DNA of 64,000 nt from positions 320,001 through 384,000 of the forward strand of contig JAULAX010000015.1 of assembly GCA_032654565.1 (NCBI GenBank). Direction: 5' to 3'. Shown here in pieces: positions 58,409 to 64,000 of the stretch; positions within the stretch are counted from its first letter, which is position 1; each line of letters starts with the position of its first letter. The notes below the pieces were generated by a model. It was not told the origin of the DNA. It did no database searches and was given only the letters and a program-made list of their open reading frames with translations. This DNA is from Anaeromyxobacteraceae bacterium. GTDB lineage: Bacteria; Myxococcota; Myxococcia; Myxococcales; Anaeromyxobacteraceae. A program made the translations under genes and the position numbers.

Positions 58409-60637
58409 ATGTCCGAGCCGCACAGCAACGCCCCCGAAGGCCGCAGCATGGTCTCGGAGGTCACCGACTCCATCGACCTGCAGGCCTACTGGCGCACCAT
58501 CGTGCGGCGGCGCTGGCTGATCATCCCGTTCTTCCTGGCGGTGGTGCTGGTCACCGGCATCATCACGCTGCGCCAGACCCGCATCTACGACGCCACCTGC
58601 ACCATCATCATCGACCTCTCCGCCCCCAAGGTGCTGGACAAGGACTCGGTGCAGGAGGTGGTCGAGTCGGGCAGCGGCGGCTACTGGTACTCGAAGGAGT
58701 TCTACGAGACCCAGTACAAGGTGCTGACCAGCCGCACCGTGGCGCAGCGGGTGGTGGACAAGCTGCAGCTCGGGCAGAACCTGAAGTTCCTGGGGCTGGA
58801 CGACGTGCAGGACCCGGCCGAGCTGGAGAAGTGGAAGGCCAAGGCCGACCCGGTCACCGTCCTCCTCAAGAACCTCAAGCTCTCCCCGGTGAAGGACTCG
58901 CGGATCGTGCGGCTCACCTACGAGGACCCCGACCCGCAGTTCGCCGCCCAGGTGGCCAACACGCTGGCCGAGAGCTACATCGCCGAGAACCTGTCGGTGA
59001 AGACGGTGACCACGCAGAACGCCTCGGAGTGGCTGGAGACGCAGCTTGCCGACCTGGAGCGGAAGCTGGACCTGAGCAGCAAGGCGCTCTTCGAGTTCAA
59101 GAAGAGCCACGACATCGTGGCCACCACCTGGGAAGACCGGCAGTCGATGGTCACGCAGCGGCTCACGCAGATCAACGACGCCCTGACCCGGGCCCGGGTG
59201 CGGCGCGCCGAGCTGCAGGCCCGCAACGATGCCATCGCCGCGGCCAGCGCCTCGCTGGACCAGGCCGGGGCCGACGTGGAGGCGCTGCAGCCGGTGGCCA
59301 CCTCGGTGGCGATCCAGACCATGAAGCTGCGCTACGTGGAGACGCGGGCCGACTGCGCCGACCTGCGCAGCCGCTACGGCGACGACCACCCGCGCCTGCA
59401 GGCCTGCGAGAAGAAGCTGGCCGAGACCCGCCAGGGGATGCGCGACGAGATCAAGACGGCGCTCAATGCGTCGCGCCAGGAGTTCCTGGAGGTGATCAAG
59501 ACCGAGCGGAACCTGCTCGGCCTGCTGACCGAGACCAAGACCGACGCCTTCGGCCTGAACCAGTACGAGCGCGACTACCTGGAGCTGAAGCGCGGCTACG
59601 ACAACAACCAGCGACTCTACGAGCTGGTGTTGAAGCGGCTGAAGGACACCGGCGTCTCCGGCATGCTGCAGGTCTCGAACGTGCGGATCCTGGACCGGGC
59701 CCGCCCCGCCAGCCGGCCGGTGCGACCGGACCTGCTGCGCAACCTGGCGCTGGCGATCCTGATCGGCCTGCTGGGCGGCGTCGGCCTGGCCTTCGGCGCC
59801 GAGGCGCTGGACACGTCGATCACCAACCAGCAGCAGATCGAGGAGCGGCTGGGGCTGACCTTCCTGGGGATCATTCCCTCGATAGAGAAAGCAAAGGACG
59901 GCACGGCGCAGGACCTGATTGTGCACACGCAGCCGAAGAGCGCGGTGGCCGAGTGCCTGCGGGCGGTGCGGACCAACCTGCTCTTCATGTCTCCTGAGAA
60001 GCCGCTCAAGACCATCATGGTCACCTCGCCCGGGCCGCAGGAGGGCAAGACCACCACGGCCATCTCGCTGGCGGTGACCATGGCGGCCAGCGGCAACCGG
60101 GTGCTGCTGGTGGACGCCGACATGCGGCGGCCGCGGGTGCACCGGGCCTTCGGCCTGCCGAACCAGGCGGGCTTGAGCAGCCTGATCCTGGGGGAGGGGA
60201 CGCTGGCCACGCTGGCGCTGCCCACGCCGGTGGAGCACCTGTTCGTGCTGCCGTGCGGGCCGGTGCCGCCCAACCCGGCCGAGCTGCTGCACACCGCCGC
60301 CTTCCAGCGGATCCTGGCCGAGATGGCCGGCAGCTATGACCGGGTGATCATCGACTCGCCGCCGATCGGCGTGGTGGCCGACGCGGTGGTGATGGCCACG
60401 CACATGGACGGCACGCTGATGGTGCTGAAGGCGGGCCAGACCTCTCGCGACGTGGCCAAGCAAGCGGTGCGGCAGCTGAGCGACGTGAAAGCGCCGCTGT
60501 TCGGGGCCGTGCTCAACGACCTGGACCTGACCGACCAGAAGTACGGGCAGTATGCGTACTACTACCGGTACGGGTATTATTACGGCGACAAGGACAACAA
60601 GGGTTCCGCCAAGACGGCGGATGCGTCCTCATCGTAA
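58409..60637 (+). CDS. wzc: Polysaccharide co-polymerase/tyrosine autokinase
   Basis: Two TM helices, coiled coil, SPGPQEGKTT, VDADMRRP, IDSPP, C-terminal Tyr cluster. Confidence 0.95.
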   Translation: MSEPHSNAPEGRSMVSEVTDSIDLQAYWRTIVRRRWLIIPFFLAVVLVTGIITLRQTRIYDATCTIIIDLSAPKVLDKDSVQEVVESGSGGYWYSKEFYETQYKVLTSRTVAQRVVDKLQLGQNLKFLGLDDVQDPAELEKWKAKADPVTVLLKNLKLSPVKDSRIVRLTYEDPDPQFAAQVANTLAESYIAENLSVKTVTTQNASEWLETQLADLERKLDLSSKALFEFKKSHDIVATTWEDRQSMVTQRLTQINDALTRARVRRAELQARNDAIAAASASLDQAGADVEALQPVATSVAIQTMKLRYVETRADCADLRSRYGDDHPRLQACEKKLAETRQGMRDEIKTALNASRQEFLEVIKTERNLLGLLTETKTDAFGLNQYERDYLELKRGYDNNQRLYELVLKRLKDTGVSGMLQVSNVRILDRARPASRPVRPDLLRNLALAILIGLLGGVGLAFGAEALDTSITNQQQIEERLGLTFLGIIPSIEKAKDGTAQDLIVHTQPKSAVAECLRAVRTNLLFMSPEKPLKTIMVTSPGPQEGKTTTAISLAVTMAASGNRVLLVDADMRRPRVHRAFGLPNQAGLSSLILGEGTLATLALPTPVEHLFVLPCGPVPPNPAELLHTAAFQRILAEMAGSYDRVIIDSPPIGVVADAVVMATHMDGTLMVLKAGQTSRDVAKQAVRQLSDVKAPLFGAVLNDLDLTDQKYGQYAYYYRYGYYYGDKDNKGSAKTADASSS

Positions 60638-60720
60638 CAAGCCATATCGCCACAAGTGTCTTGGGGTGCACGGGGCGTAACCGCCGAAACCAAGACAGAT
60701 CGGCAATGGGAGAAGCCATC

Positions 60721-60972
60721 GTGAAGGCCGTCATCCTGTGCGGTGGTCAAGGCACTCGCATCCGCGACGCAAACGAGTCGCTGCCGAAGCCCATGCTGCC
60801 CATCGGCGGCAAGCCGATCGTCTGGCACATCATGAAGATGTATGCCCGCCACGGGGTGCGCGAGTTCGTGCTCTGCCTCGGCTACCGGGGCTGGGCGCTG
60901 AAGGAGTTCTTCCTCAACTACAAGGCCATGACCTCCGACCTGACTGTGACCCTGGGGCGCCGTGCTCAATGA
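60721..60972 (+). pseudogene. rfbF: Truncated glucose-1-phosphate cytidylyltransferase (N-terminal ~80 aa)
   Basis: KAVILCGGQGTRI, PKPMLPIGGKPIVWHIMK, LCLGY; interrupted by the wzc-tail copy. Confidence 0.85.
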
Positions 60973-61072
60973 CCTCGACCTGACCGATCAGAAGTACGGA
61001 CAGTATGCGTACTATTACAGGTATGGGTACTATTACGGGGAAACTGGCGCTTCAAAGCCGATCGAATCCTGA
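60959..61072 (+). repeat. Orphan second copy of the wzc 3' end
   Basis: 80 bp with 8 synonymous differences from 60506-60585; encodes AVLNDLDLTDQKYGQYAYYYRYGYYYGETGASKPIES*. Confidence 0.93.
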
Positions 61073-61208
61073 ATCTGGGGAGCGAAGATTGAACCGCCTG
61101 TGAACGCGGTTACTTCCAGATTTAGCCGATTGCACTCAAACCCGCAGCGGCTGACGGTGCGTCATCCTCTACAAGTCGACTCCTCACAACCCCAAGCTAC
61201 CGATTTCC

Positions 61209-62447
61209 ATGAGCTTCAGTTGGCGCCATCACTCAACAGGCTTCCTCCAACTGCTTGGGTCTGGACTCCTTTCGGCAGCCGGACTCACGGCAGTTGCGTC
61301 CAATCGATGGAACCTCCTAGATAAGGGAACAGCCGTATTCTTTCTCCTGTTTATTCAATGGCAGACATTCAGCCTAACTATAGCCAAGTGTGGCATCGAT
61401 AACTTCATCTTTGCCACACTGAGTCGCGACGCGTCATTGTTCATCAACATTCGTCGGGCAATATTCAGAACAACCCTGCCACTAGTTGCCGCGGCATCCT
61501 TCTTGAGTTTCTGGATCTTTCCGCTATGGGCGGTCGCAGCAATGGGAATCTCGGTGGTCCTGGATAGCTACTCGTTGATGGCGATTGCCGAGACAAACGC
61601 ACAGGCGAAATTCAGAAAGACGGCGTTCGCGAATCTCCTGAACTACCCTTTGTTCCTGCTTGGCGTTGCGGGTCTATCCATTGCTGGAAAGGCTGGCTCG
61701 TTCGAGATTGCGGTGACGTTTCTTTTCTCAAGTGGACTCCGAGCGGTTTGGCTTGCCGCCCACAGAGACCATAGAGAACTTGGAAAGGCCACTCTATCGG
61801 TTAGCCCGTTGGCGCAAGTGTCACTCGGAACACAACAGGCTGGAAACTATGCGCTCTTTCGCATTGACCAACTAATAATTGGGTTTGAGGGCGCGCGAAA
61901 CCTTCTAAGCGTTTCACCTGCAGTACTAAGTAGTTATCTGTTTCTTGCAAAATTCCCAGAGCTCTGTTCGGGACTCTTCAACCATGTCGGCACGGTATCG
62001 TTTCCAGCAATCGCAAACTCTGATAGCGATCTGCGGCGTTGGGTTACGCCCTGGCGCATAACGCTAATAACTGCAGCACTCGCCCTTGGGATATTGCTGA
62101 CCGGCGCTGGATTTCGTTTGCTTTGGCTGGGGAACCCAAGGCTAACCTTTGGGGGCATATTGCCATTCGCCATTCATGCAATATTCATACTCCCAGCGAA
62201 CGCAATAACCTACCGCCTCTTGTCTCATGGTCAACTACATTCGCTGTTGGTGCGCCAGGGCGCCGCCCTGGCGGTTGGGGCTCTTGGCCTTGCCATACTC
62301 TACTTGTGTGGCGCAACTGATGGTCTTGCATGGATGGTTCCTATCCAACTGATAGCCTTTACGGGCCTCGGATTCCTGTTAGAGGGAAATGCCGAGGGTA
62401 AGACGCTCCCCCAAGGGCCGCCGAATGGTGGAAGCTTATCCGCATGA
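61209..62447 (+). CDS. wzx: Polytopic membrane protein, probable Wzx flippase
   Basis: 412 aa with many TM helices, RIDQLII motif, low GC, polysaccharide context. Confidence 0.6.
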   Translation: MSFSWRHHSTGFLQLLGSGLLSAAGLTAVASNRWNLLDKGTAVFFLLFIQWQTFSLTIAKCGIDNFIFATLSRDASLFINIRRAIFRTTLPLVAAASFLSFWIFPLWAVAAMGISVVLDSYSLMAIAETNAQAKFRKTAFANLLNYPLFLLGVAGLSIAGKAGSFEIAVTFLFSSGLRAVWLAAHRDHRELGKATLSVSPLAQVSLGTQQAGNYALFRIDQLIIGFEGARNLLSVSPAVLSSYLFLAKFPELCSGLFNHVGTVSFPAIANSDSDLRRWVTPWRITLITAALALGILLTGAGFRLLWLGNPRLTFGGILPFAIHAIFILPANAITYRLLSHGQLHSLLVRQGAALAVGALGLAILYLCGATDGLAWMVPIQLIAFTGLGFLLEGNAEGKTLPQGPPNGGSLSA

Positions 62448-63670
62448 ACATGACTCGCGACGTCCGCCACGTTCTCCTGATGCCGAGTTTCTATGGCGGC
62501 ACCGTTTGGCTTCTTTGGCTGTTCCTCTATTGGATCAGGCTGATACCGTGGGAGTCCACAAGTGGAACCACGTATGTCTTGTGCGCAGCTCTCACTGCAG
62601 CGTATTGGCTATCCGTCAGTCTTCAGGCCTCCCGCTTTGCGTCGGCGACGGTACATATAGTCGCCACTCGAACGAGGCTGGGCTCAAGCGCCCAAGTCAT
62701 TCTCGCAGTAGCACACTTGGTAGGGTTTGCCGGACTAGCCAAGTACGTATTCGACTTCTCCAACTCGCTTGGCGGACTGGACAAATTCCTGACTCTCCTC
62801 CAGGAATCGCCTCATGCCATCCGATGGGAAAGCGAGATTACGAGCTCCATCGGAACTCAGATCTCCTACGTGGGTTGGCTAGCGACCTGGATTACAACCA
62901 CATTCGTGTTCACGGGTGGTCTGCGAAAGCGGTGGCTGGTCCTGGCTGCAATAGGCATTGCAGGCAATCTAATGTTCATTGATCGCACACGACCCATCTG
63001 GATTCTATTTACGATAGCGTGTCTCACAGTTACGTTAATAGAGCACGTAACTGTACGGCAACTTTCTTTGGCTTTCGCAGGTGTCATAGCCGGCGGAGTT
63101 GCTCTATTCGTCGCGCTTGGCCTATGGAGTGGGAAGATTTCCGAAGACAATGCATTCTCGGGGCCTGGACTTTCGATCGAACTGGCAAACGTGTATGCGT
63201 ATGGAACTTCCGGATTCGCCTATCTAAACCATGCAGTGGAGACTGACAGGGACTTCGGATACGTGCCGATACGACTTCTCTACCCAGCCCTCAAGGCTCT
63301 ATCTTCTGTAGACCTAATCGATGCGCCGCCAAGTCAAGTGCTTGCGTTCCGATCCGTACCATATGACACCAATGTTGGGACTATCCTTGAGCCATTCCAT
63401 AGCGATGGTGGCCTCCTGTTTGCGTTCTTCGGCATCTGGATACTGTCCTTTGGGTTGGATGCCGTTGCGCTATACCTTTGGCGTCAACGAAGCGTGCTGG
63501 CAAGAATTGCTGCCGCAAACCTCTGCTTCCTAAGTGTTATCGGGTTCTTCACGCCGAAGATCGCATCCTTCCCAATGTGGCTATTCGTTGGAACAGGATT
63601 GTGCGCCGCATGGGCGACTGGACATACGTTGAACGCGAGCCGGACCCCGACGAGTCGAATCAGCCGTTGA
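62444..63670 (+). CDS. wzy: Probable oligosaccharide repeat-unit polymerase
   Basis: About 10 TM helices; TNVGT..P..SDGG motif. Confidence 0.7.
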   Translation: MNMTRDVRHVLLMPSFYGGTVWLLWLFLYWIRLIPWESTSGTTYVLCAALTAAYWLSVSLQASRFASATVHIVATRTRLGSSAQVILAVAHLVGFAGLAKYVFDFSNSLGGLDKFLTLLQESPHAIRWESEITSSIGTQISYVGWLATWITTTFVFTGGLRKRWLVLAAIGIAGNLMFIDRTRPIWILFTIACLTVTLIEHVTVRQLSLAFAGVIAGGVALFVALGLWSGKISEDNAFSGPGLSIELANVYAYGTSGFAYLNHAVETDRDFGYVPIRLLYPALKALSSVDLIDAPPSQVLAFRSVPYDTNVGTILEPFHSDGGLLFAFFGIWILSFGLDAVALYLWRQRSVLARIAAANLCFLSVIGFFTPKIASFPMWLFVGTGLCAAWATGHTLNASRTPTSRISR

Positions 63671-63677
63671 CCCGCCG

Positions 63678-64000
63678 CTACATTCCAGGTGTAGCTCCCG
63701 GGGGCGGTTGGCAGCACAATCCAAGCGCCGTCAATATCACGAGATTTACTGAATGTACGTCAAATCTGGATTCAGCTAGGCCCCTTGAGCGATCAGCCAT
63801 TTGGTCAAGATGTTTGGAGCACAGAGCATGCATAAGCGCTGAAGCCAGAGCATCAGAGTTCCTTGCTGGTACCAACCAGCCATTGACGCCCGCCACAACC
63901 GTTTCGCGACAACCGGGAACGTCTGTAGTTATGACAGGTCGCCCCACGGCAAGCGCCTCCAATGTGGACCGAGGCGTTCCCTCGCCGTAAGAAGGCAACA
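63678..64000 (-). CDS. GT4 glycosyltransferase, C-terminal part
   Basis: PSYGEGTPRSTLEALAVGRPVITTDVPGC..NGWLV. Confidence 0.85.
   Translation of the reverse strand, partial: LPSYGEGTPRSTLEALAVGRPVITTDVPGCRETVVAGVNGWLVPARNSDALASALMHALCSKHLDQMADRSRGLAESRFDVHSVNLVILTALGLCCQPPPGATPGM

Noticed and set aside
60506..61038. DGR template/variable repeat pair
   Set aside because: Differences are synonymous and not adenine-specific, and there is no reverse transcriptase in the window.

Overview
GC-rich Anaeromyxobacter/Myxococcota-like chromosomal window (taxon inferred from gene content). 1-34.9 kb is core genome: PpiC lipoprotein, mfd, hrcA-grpE-dnaK-dnaJ, LppC-type lipoprotein, DinG helicase, SofG/MglA-like GTPase with kinases, thiL, a Dif-like chemosensory cluster, larBC, an AglRQS-like motor and a membrane H+-pyrophosphatase. 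34.9-64 kb is a surface-polysaccharide region (ugd, GT2-methyltransferase, gmd, fcl, O-antigen-ligase/TPR, wzc, wzx, wzy, GT4) carrying many selfish or accessory elements. Main oddities: (1) a ~8.5 kb integrase-free array of toxin-antitoxin cassettes and orphan antitoxins (49.8-58.2 kb), punctuated by reused chimeric repeats, some derived from an adjacent frameshifted, putatively LexA-controlled HNH element; (2) a LAGLIDADG intein in gmd; (3) a 72-nt AT-recoded patch in ugd centred on the GGS|CFPKD catalytic motif, a recalled intein insertion site; (4) a synonymous duplicate of the wzc tyrosine-cluster tail that truncates rfbF and heads a low-GC polysaccharide cassette. All calls come from reading the sequence; no searches were run.
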